The notes under the pieces: model-generated | Told to the model about the DNA's origin: nothing | Databases searched by the model: none | The model's input: only the letters and a program-made list of their open reading frames with translations | Shown: piece by piece, positions 50,901-60,039 of the stretch | Layout of the letters: each line of letters opens with the position of its first letter | Position numbering within the stretch: the stretch's first letter is position 1 | Position numbers and translations under genes: made by a program | Assembly (NCBI GenBank): GCA_963754925.1 | Contig: CAVWHX010000005.1 | Span: forward strand, 128,001 to 192,000 | Length of the DNA: 64,000 nucleotides | Source: an uncultured delta proteobacterium | Lineage (GTDB): Bacteria; Myxococcota; B64-G9 | Direction of reading: 5' to 3'

Positions 50901-52192
50901 TTGGCGATCCCCACAATCCCCTGCTGATTTCGGTGCGCAGCGGCGCGACCATCTCTCTTCCCGGCATGATGCACTCGTTCCTCAACGTGGGTATCAACGA
51001 GGCCATCGCCGAAGGACTGAGCACAAAAAAGGATTACCAGTGGGCGGCATGGGATTCGTACCGGAGGTTTCTCCAGTCCTGGGGCATGTTCCAGGGGCAG
51101 AACCGCGATTATTTTGACGGGATCATGAACCGTTACAAAAGCAAATTCAGGGTGGAGAAGAAAATCCAGTTCGACCCCGATCAAATGAGGCAGCTTGCCC
51201 TGGCCTACAAACAAGCTCTGGCCTCCTCGGGCATCGAGGTCACCGACGATCCCGTCGATCAGTTACGGCTGGCCATTTTTCAGGTGTTCGGATCGTGGTA
51301 TTCGGAACAAGCCAAAATATACCGCCGCCAAATGCGTCTTTCTGATGAATGGGGGACCGCCGCCATCGTGCAAGCCATGGTCTTCGGAAATCTAAATAAC
51401 AATTCGGGATCGGGCGTTATCTTCACCCGGAATCCCCGGGGCGTACCTCCCGAGGTGACCCTGTATGGCGATTTCATATCGGGCGCCCAAGGGGACGACA
51501 TTGTGTCGGGTTTGGTGGAGACCTATCCCATTTCGGAAAAACAGCGGCTGGCGGAAAAGAGAAGCGTGCCGATCTCCCTCGAGGTGAAATTTCCGAATAT
51601 CTACAGCGAACTGATCCGCCTATCCGAGATCCTGATTTATGAAAAAAGTCTCAACCATCAGGAAATAGAGTTCACCTTCGAGAATGTGGGCAAGGAAAAG
51701 CTTTACATTTTGCAGACCCGGGACATGGTGCCGCGGGAGACGACCATGCTCAGGCGTTTTAAAGACACACCCGAACTCAAGGAATCGTTCCTAGGTTCGG
51801 GAATCGGGGTGGGCGGGGGCGCCTTATGTGGGAGGGTCGTCTATTCTGAAGCGGATATAAAAAAGTTCCGAAGCGAAGAGCCCCAAACCGCCCTCATCTT
51901 GATCCGTCCCGATACCGTGCCCGACAACGTGGGAGTGGTCCTCCAGGTCGAAGGGCTCCTCACCGCGCGGGGCGGCGGAACATCCCACGCAGCCGTGACC
52001 ATCCCGCAGCTCAACAAGGTCGGGGTGGTGGGTTTCAACAAGCTCCAGGTTTACGAGGCAAACGGGTGGAGCGCGATCGAAAACCGCCGAATCGGGAGCG
52101 GGGATTTCATCGCTATCGACGGGTGGAGCGGCATGGTCTACCTGGGCCGGCACGAAATCGAATCCGAAGGCTTGCATGATGCCATGATATAG
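47975..52192 (+). CDS. PPDK-like protein: ~900-aa unknown N-terminus, ATP-grasp domain and phospho-His swivel domain; no pyruvate-binding barrel
   Basis: GNKG..VPPGF, SVRSGA..PGMM, WDSYRRF, QAMVFGN, FTRNP, EIEFT..LQTR and GGGTSHAAV; the protein ends shortly after IAIDG..G.VY.G. Confidence 0.88.
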   Translation: MEAEKKDWQSSALKVNLERTAATVEISEHYMPLLAIVDEYYGLSRKTRKLLTELAHPFVNWEYVLTELKTISIGDFYYYNMHADGRTALSLFLQIYFDIIRQAPDEDTKDSTLQYLFEYLNTVVANSGALLARNMLVFPFVIESLRSVTAERRMLLKKSSGYLKKTLRLLVEKGIDTTSDGMSTLLYDIFKQTYQFWLAQPNPAVWFHGDGESEAEINAHRSLSYPLSHEHLNLLLERLETLYQPVREGRGESWVPYLDMPDYSQIVNGYLLIADEMEKSPVYAGRQHLVKLDFLFNIMSVPSLSDIHGRALREINLCLRMVFKEQQPEHLCEFVRTIFSLLKKSESQHEHRGAIIDCITTIAREVFDQNNHPLVETFIEELVAFGFQHPEVRGSTAEWQIQVNPAHIMNIRSWLAIAALKPRWTKRLLSALIINLKIGGILIRDTDLVQRDISAFLNSDIGPAYNLAKQLLRIFPVYFSEIGAEGELRDISTNVDELSFRKDKLINFLRKQSHVESNSLLVGFVEDAFQFWYSGNREYIKGHLPEEVFEQVPNSGEYFEGLHKIFNQLFPKVDNNPQNFLDWNTAKIQRELKSVRGVDARDTERTLLMIRFYQLLYKKYHPQHIDLLKDMEAAYIFDRTRIQVLRRALQRKDYYKSISVILNLLSMLKERILSPKKTESFENIYHKRHIAAGIPSMYGTYHEEKFEAVGFSLRLESFATMLFEELIQSLNLKFITKSTLMRIHRCLWLYTKALELEGIAAKGLVATMKYVTSALQVKQFSIDQYIDIFRFISKGIQDIIRVYYIDAHRSNLPIIIGQVLHRDRSVELRTIAPQDEEVMYQHSENFIRGTVASAFGLQVLDNLINGVIGTLNAEVEKFKDNKQILNLVMNYNPDLTISSLYEKNGKIDNQILLGNKGYFLKELVSFGFRVPPGFIITTEVFRSSEAVFGYQYIFKDLAVRINAEVKKLEKLTGRTFGDPHNPLLISVRSGATISLPGMMHSFLNVGINEAIAEGLSTKKDYQWAAWDSYRRFLQSWGMFQGQNRDYFDGIMNRYKSKFRVEKKIQFDPDQMRQLALAYKQALASSGIEVTDDPVDQLRLAIFQVFGSWYSEQAKIYRRQMRLSDEWGTAAIVQAMVFGNLNNNSGSGVIFTRNPRGVPPEVTLYGDFISGAQGDDIVSGLVETYPISEKQRLAEKRSVPISLEVKFPNIYSELIRLSEILIYEKSLNHQEIEFTFENVGKEKLYILQTRDMVPRETTMLRRFKDTPELKESFLGSGIGVGGGALCGRVVYSEADIKKFRSEEPQTALILIRPDTVPDNVGVVLQVEGLLTARGGGTSHAAVTIPQLNKVGVVGFNKLQVYEANGWSAIENRRIGSGDFIAIDGWSGMVYLGRHEIESEGLHDAMI

Positions 52193-52445
52193 GGACGGCT
52201 GCGAAAACGGCGATACGCCCCAGGTCTGATCGCGGTCCGCTGGGTCTTCCGGTCACCCCCACTGAAAGAGAATTCGTATGGCATAGAATACCCCCCCTTG
52301 CGACTCAACCGGTTTCCGCAAAGCTCACAATCGCTAACTATGCGATCCGTGACCCATTAATTACTTATGTTCCCTGTCTCTTGCGTAATGACAATACGTA
52401 ACCTCTTGATATTTTTTCAACTAATAATTTTCATCACTCTTGAGA

Positions 52446-52808
52446 TCATTTTCGGGCCTTGGCGTAGTCGATCATCCCTTGGAAATCCACGACGACAGCC
52501 GGTTCGTCTCCCACCACCCACGCATCGTGGCCAGCGGAGAGCAGCGACACATCCCCCGCCCGACACTCAAACTCGGTTCCGTCGTCCATCCGAACCTTGA
52601 GCGTCCCCGACACATGATACTGAAAATGCGGCGCCTCGCAGCTCTTGGTCTTGGCGATAGGTTGAACCGATGTCGACCATCTCCAGCCTGGCTGGAGGGT
52701 GGCTCGGCCGACCGTGGCTCCGCCGATCTTTATTAACTCAAGGTGGCCCCTAGGGAATTCACGAAACTCATCCGCCTTTCCAAAACTCTTCAATTCCGAC
52801 TTTTTCAT
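52446..52808 (-). CDS. Cupin domain protein
   Basis: PGWRWS...SCEAPH and GHDAWVVG motifs; AGGAGG RBS. Confidence 0.88.
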   Translation of the reverse strand: MKKSELKSFGKADEFREFPRGHLELIKIGGATVGRATLQPGWRWSTSVQPIAKTKSCEAPHFQYHVSGTLKVRMDDGTEFECRAGDVSLLSAGHDAWVVGDEPAVVVDFQGMIDYAKARK

Positions 52809-53076
52809 AGTGCACCTCCTGATTAACATGTTAAGAAGGGCTGGTTTTTTAGCCAGCCAAGATAGAACGCCCCCCTTAAAGTCAGTCTCAAACTGACTTC
52901 AGGTATGGCATCCCCTTAAGAACACGAAAATTAATCTGCAAATGTTACGCCAAGCGTGTCACCTATCGGCGGGCAGCGCATTCCCCCTCACGTCCTTTCG
53001 AGACGGTGCCAAGACTCATATTTGATGGTCCAAAACAGGCTACCGAAGGTGCAGGACCGCTACATTTTGATGGGTC

Positions 53077-53448
53077 TCAACCGCGATCGTTTGAAGACCG
53101 TCTTTTGGGCGGAATCGAGCGAATGAACCGGGCGGTAAGCAACCCTACGATTGCCACGGGTGCCCCGAGCAGCACGACAGTTACTACAGGATATGCATCA
53201 GGTGGACTACATCGACATTCATAAACGGCGACCGCGATGCAGGCTGAAACGATGCTGGCTATGAGAAATCTTAAACCAAAATAAGCGTTTGCTTCGTACC
53301 AAATCGTATCGTCGCTCAAAGTCGTCCGCGTGCGATAGCCATACAGCGAATTGCGAGGAACTTTTCGGAAGATAAGAGGAATCGACAGCAGGCAAAAGAT
53401 GGCGCTGCATATGAGAACGGTGATGAGGCTTTTGTCATAAACGCTCAT
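53077..53448 (-). CDS. SdpI family membrane protein
   Basis: VPRNSLYGYRT...W..AN motif; three TM segments. Confidence 0.8.
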   Translation of the reverse strand: MSVYDKSLITVLICSAIFCLLSIPLIFRKVPRNSLYGYRTRTTLSDDTIWYEANAYFGLRFLIASIVSACIAVAVYECRCSPPDAYPVVTVVLLGAPVAIVGLLTARFIRSIPPKRRSSNDRG

Positions 53449-53476
53449 GTTAGTGCGTCCCGCAGAGTCTTCTTTG

Positions 53477-54457
53477 TTACGTCAGCATCAATCTGTAGTG
53501 TTCATTTGTTTCTTTGCATTCTGGATTCAAAGCCAAGCTTCTTTCTATTTCTGCTTTTGCTTCTTCCCTTTTCCCCACTTTAAATAATATCCATCCTTTT
53601 GTATCCATAAAGATGGAATTATCGCGTTGGTACTTCAATAAGTTATTTGTTAACTTTAAAGCCTTGTCTAGATTGATCCCTTGATTTGCATATTCCATTG
53701 CCAATTCGTTTATTACCCACGTATCTGTTGGGCTATTTTCAAATGCTTTCTCCAGAGTATTAAGAGCTCCCGCTCGGTCGTTGATTTCATTTTGACATCT
53801 GGACATCATTACATAGAGATTACTTTTATCGAACATTGAAGTGGTTGAGCTATCATCCAAATTGGATATCACATCTTTGATAGCTTCTATGGCTTCAGCG
53901 TAACGACCTTCAATTTTATGTCCCAGACTGTTTATTATTCTTCTTTCATTGGCATCTTTTGCCTTCATTAGCGCTTGCTCTAGGTGCTTAAGAGATTCAT
54001 CTTTCCGGCCCAATTCCATTAGAATAAAGGCACAGTTGGTATTCCATTCCCATGATTCTGGATCCAGCTGCTCACCTTGAAGGAATGCTCCTAAAGCATC
54101 CAAAGGTCGACTTAGCATTCTGTAACAATAACCGACATGTCCAAGTAATTTGGGATTTTTTTTAAATCTCAGACATCTTTCAAAATATTCAATCGTTTTT
54201 ACAAAGTTTCCCAAATGGAGATAGCAATGCCCTAAATAGAAGCTGTTATACTTTGAATAGTCTGCATTTCGATAGTTATGAGCCTCTTCAGATCTCTCAA
54301 ATAATTTGATCGCCTTTCTAAACTTTCCAAGATGGTAATAAGTTGTACCTAGCTGGAGGTAGTAATTTTCATCTGATATAAAAGCAGCAGTACAAAAGAT
54401 GACATGAAGCCAAATTATCTTAAGATACAACTTCAATTGACTAAATGGTATTATCAT
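53477..54457 (-). CDS. TPR repeat protein (AT-rich gene)
   Basis: Multiple TPRs including DTKGWILFKVG; start uncertain (54505 possible). Confidence 0.75.
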   Translation of the reverse strand: MIIPFSQLKLYLKIIWLHVIFCTAAFISDENYYLQLGTTYYHLGKFRKAIKLFERSEEAHNYRNADYSKYNSFYLGHCYLHLGNFVKTIEYFERCLRFKKNPKLLGHVGYCYRMLSRPLDALGAFLQGEQLDPESWEWNTNCAFILMELGRKDESLKHLEQALMKAKDANERRIINSLGHKIEGRYAEAIEAIKDVISNLDDSSTTSMFDKSNLYVMMSRCQNEINDRAGALNTLEKAFENSPTDTWVINELAMEYANQGINLDKALKLTNNLLKYQRDNSIFMDTKGWILFKVGKREEAKAEIERSLALNPECKETNEHYRLMLT

Positions 54458-54536
54458 TTGTTCTGAGACCTGACAGGTTATTCTATTGTTTCTGTACTCT
54501 CCCAAACTTTTAAGTATTTCAGTTAGTCCCGCACGC

Positions 54537-55304
54537 TTACTGCAGCTCGAACTCGAAGGTGCTGACCACGCGGATCTTTTTCAACGGCGTGCTTGTCGCG
54601 CTGTAGGGAGCTGATTCATCATTGCCCTCGCTGCCGAAAATCTGGATGCTGCCCTGGTTGGCGGAGCGAATCTTGCCCACCTGGGCGCCGGAATCGGCGG
54701 CAAATTGCTGCGCCGTCAGACGGGCGTTCTTGGTCGCCTCGGCCAGGAGCTGCGGTCGTAGGGCATTGAACGTTGTGATGACGTAGCGGGGATTGGCCGC
54801 GCCGCCTTCCCCCTGCCCATCGAGAACCACGCCGGATTTGAGCAATTCCTCGGTCGCCCCCAGCGCTTTGGCCACCAGGTCGATGTTTGCGGTCGTAACG
54901 TTGATCGAACTGGTGACAATGTAGCGAAGCTGTTTTCCCTGGTTTTGACCGTAATAATCGCGCGCGAGCTTATCGATGGTGCGGGTCGTCTGCCTGGTTA
55001 TCTCGTCATCTTTGAATCCTTGGTTTTTGAGAAAGGCAATGGTCGCTGCGTGGTCAGCGGTGATTTTTTCGTGAGCGTCTTTTATGTCGTCGCTTGCCCG
55101 CCGAAACCACAGTGTCCAGATGGCTTGGTCCGCCTTGACCTCTTTTTCAACCAACCCCTTGACGGTGACCGTTCGGACGTCGGACTTGAAGCGGGCAGCG
55201 CCCTTTCCAATGAAATGACCGCCAACAGCTAGGCCGACCAACATAAAGACACCAGCGACTATTATCGCCGCTCCGATCGAAGGTTGTTTTTCTTCGGATC
55301 CCAT
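54537..55304 (-). CDS. SIMPL (DUF541) domain periplasmic protein
   Basis: TVTVKGLVEKEVKAD, VGKIRSANQG and KKIRVV motifs. Confidence 0.88.
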   Translation of the reverse strand: MGSEEKQPSIGAAIIVAGVFMLVGLAVGGHFIGKGAARFKSDVRTVTVKGLVEKEVKADQAIWTLWFRRASDDIKDAHEKITADHAATIAFLKNQGFKDDEITRQTTRTIDKLARDYYGQNQGKQLRYIVTSSINVTTANIDLVAKALGATEELLKSGVVLDGQGEGGAANPRYVITTFNALRPQLLAEATKNARLTAQQFAADSGAQVGKIRSANQGSIQIFGSEGNDESAPYSATSTPLKKIRVVSTFEFELQ

Positions 55305-55464
55305 GTCGAATCTCCTCTCTTTTATCTGGCAAGTGAAGTCACAGTATCATATTCTTGTGGCCGATAAAATAGATCTTATGTTCTAAAATAGGTATTCTTT
55401 ACAGTAAGTTACTGCTTGACACTAAGGTTTGAGTTGGATCAGCCCTCTGTGAAGGACTAGACAT

Positions 55465-55903
55465 ATGGGCAGCAATGAAACAATCAGAATGTTGCTCGTT
55501 GAATACAAAAGGCCATGGAAGTTATCTTTGTTGTTTGTAGGCCTTTTACTATTGATTGTTGGCTCCTTTTACTATCAAGCACCTGACTGGGACATCCCGA
55601 TAAGTTTTATTATGGCGTTCTTGGCATACTTAACTGCGCCTTGGAGTTTGCGTGTAATCGTTGAGCGCAAGTGGAAGCATGTTCCACTGATGCTGTTTTT
55701 CACTTGGATTACCGTAGACGGGTGTTACTGGTTGTACTGGCAGTTCAAAAACCCCAAGGCCATGGAGCTCATGAGAGGAGTTAAATTTTTTTGCGTCCTT
55801 GGCGCTTTATGCCCTGTGTGGTTTAGTTTGGTATTATCAAGGCAGTCTCAAAGAGCTTGTATCAGACGCAAGGGCTTTCAATATAAATAGGAAGCTGAAA
55901 TGA
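55465..55903 (+). CDS. Hypothetical membrane protein; one frameshift at ~55784
   Basis: RPWKL..APDWD..TAPW..VDG.Y pattern; the shifted frame continues NFFASLALYALCGLVWYYQGSL to TGA at 55903. Confidence 0.6.
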
Positions 55904-55931
55904 GCAGAACACTACCAGGAGGCGAAAACTA

Positions 55932-56806
55932 ATGAAATCAATAATTATCATCCTTAGTATGATTCTTCTGTACCCAGGTACCATATTGGCAGGCGACTTT
56001 GGCATGCAGAAAGATTTTCATGCAGAAATTCTAAAAACATATGGTTTTCAGCCTCATACATTGTCTCACGAACAAATTGAAGCTAAGTCAAAGGATCTCT
56101 GATCAATTCTGGAACAAAGTCAAAGATAGAAAAGAACAATCCCTTCTGTTATTGAGAGCCGAACTCCAAGCTTCTTCAAACCCCTCATTCTTTTATTACG
56201 ACGGTAGTAAACTTCTGCTATCCCTGTCGGAGAATATTGACGACCGAACAATTGTACTGAAGGCAATACCAAAAGCTGATCTTCTTGATGTCAACCATAC
56301 AGATTATTTACGCACAGTTAATATGTTGGCGACAAAGGAGCTTGATACCTGTGATGCGGCATTACGGATTTTGGATTATCCCGAATTCAAGGCGATTGTC
56401 CCTCAACATGCTCTGACGCTTGGCCAGGATTTTTCACTTATATATTTATTGATTCCAACAAAAGAAGAATATTATCTTCAAAAACTGATACAGCGCTTGG
56501 CTATAGAAAAGAATATAGTTTCTCAAAAAAGTATTCTTCAGATGCTTTGGTACACTGTTACCAAACAGGGGGATCAAGCTATTCAACAATTTTCCGAAGA
56601 TAGTAGCAAGCCAAATGAATCACGAATGTGGGCTAAGGAGCTAATCAGCCGCAAATCCAAATTAGGTTTAACATCCAAAGTCGCGGAAAATTCTTATTCG
56701 ATCTTTAAAGAAAAAACGGAAAGAAGTAATGAGTCGAATAAGTGATGAAGCGTTAATTGAATTTGATGAACTAACGGCAAAAATGCTTACTAAAAGAGAA
56801 GAATAA
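55932..56806 (+). CDS. Exported hypothetical protein; two frameshifts (~56099, ~56710)
   Basis: Signal peptide MKSIIIILSMILLYPGTILA and GGAGG RBS; three segments join to a stop at 56806. Confidence 0.55.
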
Positions 56807-56899
56807 AAGCATAACCGATCGAGGTGACGTGCCCCCCGAAAACTGGACCATTTTCAATGAGAGTTCCTTCGGCTAGAATGCCGGAAAGGAGCTTGCTCA

Positions 56900-57166
56900 A
56901 TGAAAGGGAAACGGTTTTCTGAGGATAAGATCATCGGGATATTGAAAGAAGCCGAAGCGGGGGTGAAGCTGTCTGATCTGTGTCGTACGCATGGCTTCTG
57001 CGAACAAACGTACTACCGTTGGAAATCCAAGTACGGCGGGATGGACGTCAGCGAGGCGCGGCGGCTGAAGCAGCTTGAGGAAGAAAACCGAAGGCTGAAG
57101 CGTGCCGTGGCCGATCTCACTCTCGACAACCAGATCTTGAGGGATATCAACTCAAGAAAATGGTGA
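56900..57166 (+). CDS. IS3 transposase OrfA
   Basis: RFSEDKIIGILKEAE HTH, TYYRWKSKYGGM, leucine zipper. Confidence 0.93.
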   Translation: MKGKRFSEDKIIGILKEAEAGVKLSDLCRTHGFCEQTYYRWKSKYGGMDVSEARRLKQLEEENRRLKRAVADLTLDNQILRDINSRKW

Positions 57167-58071
57167 AGCCCGCAGCGCGAAAGCAGGCCGTTGTGCATGC
57201 CCGCGAGGAATTTGGGGTGAGCGAACGACGCGCCTGCGGGCTGATGAGGATCGGGCGATCGAGCTTTCGGTACCGTTCGGTAGGCCAACTGTATCCGCAG
57301 TTGCGGGAGCGTCTTTTAGAGCTTGCGGCGCAGCGGGTACGCTTCGGATATCGACGGTTGCAGGTGTTATTGCGGCGGGAAGGGTATGTGGTGAATCACA
57401 AGCGGGTGTATCGGCTGTATCGGCAAGAGGGATTGAGCGTGAGGAAGAAGCAGCGCAAGAGATACCGGAGCATCGCGCGGCAGCCGCTGCGTCTTCCGGA
57501 AGGACTCAACGAGCGATGGTCGATGGATTTTCTATCTGATTGTCTCTCAGATGGGCGACGGTTGAAGGTGTTGAGCGTGCTGGATGAATTCAGTCGAGAG
57601 AGTCTTGCCTTACCCGTAGACACGTCCATTTCCGGCAGCCGGGTGGCCAGGATTTTGGACGATATTGCCGCTGAACGGGGTAGGTATCCCGAAGCGATGG
57701 TGACGGATAACGGTCCGGAGTTCACGAGTCGTGCGCTGGACCTCTGGGCGTACCGGCATGGGGTGCAGTTGCATTTTATCGAGCCAGGCAAGCCGGTGCA
57801 GAATGCCCTGATCGAAAGCTTCAACGGCAAATTTCGAGATGAATGTCTCAATCAACATTGGTTTATAAATCTACAAGATGCTCGTAATAAAATCGAATCA
57901 TGGCGGATGGATTACAATCATGTGCGGCCACACAGCTCGCTCGGACAGGAGACACCGGCGGAGTTCGCGCGACAGTTTTCAGAGCTTCGGTCGCCTCCGG
58001 CTCCCTTCGCTCTGAAAACTGTTGTTGCTATGGATAAAGGAACGATGGTTAACCATGAACAACTCTCATAG
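57160..58071 (+). CDS. IS3 transposase OrfB (DDE)
   Basis: WSMDF, TDNGPEF and ESFNG.FRDECLN motifs; in the -1 frame relative to orfA. Confidence 0.94.
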   Translation: MVKPAARKQAVVHAREEFGVSERRACGLMRIGRSSFRYRSVGQLYPQLRERLLELAAQRVRFGYRRLQVLLRREGYVVNHKRVYRLYRQEGLSVRKKQRKRYRSIARQPLRLPEGLNERWSMDFLSDCLSDGRRLKVLSVLDEFSRESLALPVDTSISGSRVARILDDIAAERGRYPEAMVTDNGPEFTSRALDLWAYRHGVQLHFIEPGKPVQNALIESFNGKFRDECLNQHWFINLQDARNKIESWRMDYNHVRPHSSLGQETPAEFARQFSELRSPPAPFALKTVVAMDKGTMVNHEQLS

Positions 58072-58365
58072 AGAGTGGTCCTATGAACGGGGGCACGTCA
58101 GAGGTGCAGACCGATCAGCAACCAATTGTAAAAAGACAATTTTCTAAAAGGGCGGCTCCTGTTTAGCCTCGTTCCCAAAACCGCGACTTAGTCGCCCATT
58201 AAATTTGAGCCGGCCGGCAGGGTCAATGATGTTTGTAAGGGAATCTTAGCACTCGAAAATACTGAGTCAAACAAATAGAAGGAAAACAAAGGATTAAATT
58301 TCGTATTCGTTATGTCACGAATTGCTGCTAGGTGTCTGACGGCCGTAGTCGCAAACCTGCTAGCC

Positions 58366-59637
58366 TTAGAACAAATTCTTATGCACGTAAGTAGTAAGGT
58401 CGCCCAACCTGTTGGCGTAGCTCCCATACTCGTTATCGTACCAGCCGAAGATCTTGGCATGGACCACGGGCACCTGTATCGTCCGCGCCGGCAGCACCTG
58501 TCCTACCTGAGGTGGCAAATTGGGGATCTGGGACAGGTCCACCGTCATAAAGGCGGTGCGGGTGTGGCTGAACTGGCCTTCGATAATGACCGCGGCATTG
58601 GTCCCGATAAGATCGCTGGACACGTTCTGCTCGGTTGAAAAGAGAACCAGGCGCTCGGGACTGCTCTCGCTGATCTTCTTATAGATATCGTTGATCACTT
58701 TGGCATTGAGCGCGGCGCCGTTCTTGTTCGCGGGAGCCTGGAAGGTGGCGTTGAGGATGATGAGCGACAGCGTGTTGGTGGGTATGCGGATCGAGTCGGC
58801 CATGAACCCGATGTTCTTCACCTCGGGGATCACCTGGCTCAACGCCTCGGCGGCGTTGGTTGAGGTAAGAATGATGTTGTTGAGGATGCTTCGGTTTTTG
58901 CGCAGATCCCGTTCGCCGGCTTTCGGGACGCTGTCGAGAACGCTCTGGGTGTTCGTCGTCGCATGGACCGTGGACATGGAGGCGGTCAGAATGGTGTTGG
59001 TGAGCTCGTTATCGAGAAGCGGTCTGATCATGTGCGCAAGCCCGGTGGTGGTGCACGAGGCGGCGGATATGATTTGGTGTTTCTTGTGATCAAAAGCCGT
59101 GTGGTTGATGCCGTAGATCAGCGTTACCGCTTCGTCCGGCATGGAGAGGGCTTTGTTTTTTATCTTGAAGGCGGAGGAATTGATCACCACCTTCGCGCCC
59201 TTGGCGAAGTGACCGCGGATGGAGCCTTTGGAATCATCGACGGCTAGCGTGGGATCGGTGAATTTGCCCGTGCATTCGACGACGAGATCGACGCCGTAGT
59301 CTTGCCACGGTATATCGAGGGGATTTCTCGCCTCGCGCAGCACCGTGACCGGTATGCCGTCGATGAGGAGTTTCCCCTTTTTCTCGTCGGTTATTTTGAT
59401 AAGACGCTGAGCGTTTATCCCGTACAGAAACCGGTGCAGCGGACCATAGGTGGCGTCCTTTTCAATCAGTTGGGCGACGGCGGCAAGCCCGGTTCCCACT
59501 TCCCGCCCCAGATTGACGACAATTTCTTTGAAATACTTTCTGCCGATGTGATGCCACAAGGTGAGCTTGCCGATTCTGCCAAGACTGTTGATGCCAAGTA
59601 CCGGCGGTTTGTTTTCAAAAACGTGCATAGTGCCCAT
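58366..59637 (-). CDS. Long atypical GAPDH-family dehydrogenase
   Basis: GINSLGRIG, ECTG.F, AASCTTTGL, STVHATT and WYDNEYG motifs; GAGGAGG RBS. Confidence 0.85.
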   Translation of the reverse strand: MGTMHVFENKPPVLGINSLGRIGKLTLWHHIGRKYFKEIVVNLGREVGTGLAAVAQLIEKDATYGPLHRFLYGINAQRLIKITDEKKGKLLIDGIPVTVLREARNPLDIPWQDYGVDLVVECTGKFTDPTLAVDDSKGSIRGHFAKGAKVVINSSAFKIKNKALSMPDEAVTLIYGINHTAFDHKKHQIISAASCTTTGLAHMIRPLLDNELTNTILTASMSTVHATTNTQSVLDSVPKAGERDLRKNRSILNNIILTSTNAAEALSQVIPEVKNIGFMADSIRIPTNTLSLIILNATFQAPANKNGAALNAKVINDIYKKISESSPERLVLFSTEQNVSSDLIGTNAAVIIEGQFSHTRTAFMTVDLSQIPNLPPQVGQVLPARTIQVPVVHAKIFGWYDNEYGSYANRLGDLTTYVHKNLF

Positions 59638-60039
59638 CGGTTGGAACCTCCTCAATCCAAACAATCAAGAGAAGTTGAGAAACCATCGCTGGAGGCGAAT
59701 TGAGTGGCGAATTGTCATAACCGTGAATGTCGTATTCGGGCGATTCAACGGGCGAATTCATATGGATTCCACTAACGATGTGCATGCCAGTCTCTTTTGA
59801 ACGCCATGTAATGTATGTCAAAATTGGAGTGCAATGTCAATAAGGAGCGCCGACGGGTAGGGGGTCAAGACGTTAACAATCGTTGACCGCCGTACAAATT
59901 CAGTTTAGGTGTAAGACCAGAACATCGCAGGTTGAATGAGGATTGCATGAGCTTGGTAGGAGCTCAGCGCAGTTTCTCGAGTCCTCGTAAGGAGGACGTT
60001 ACCACATTCTCTATTCCTTTATATCATGGAGGTGTGAAC

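Larger units (their letters stand above)
56825..58100 (+). mobile_element. IS3 family (IS407 group-like) insertion sequence, 1276 bp
   Basis: Terminal IRs TGACGTGCCCCC / GGGGGCACGTCA; 4-bp target duplication GAGG at 56821-56824 and 58101-58104; overlapping orfA and orfB. Confidence 0.95.

Noticed and set aside
47975..52192. Calling this gene ppdK, or a truncated ppdK pseudogene
   Set aside because: No barrel-coding remnant is evident downstream of the stop, and the ORF is intact over 4.2 kb with a large novel N-terminus.
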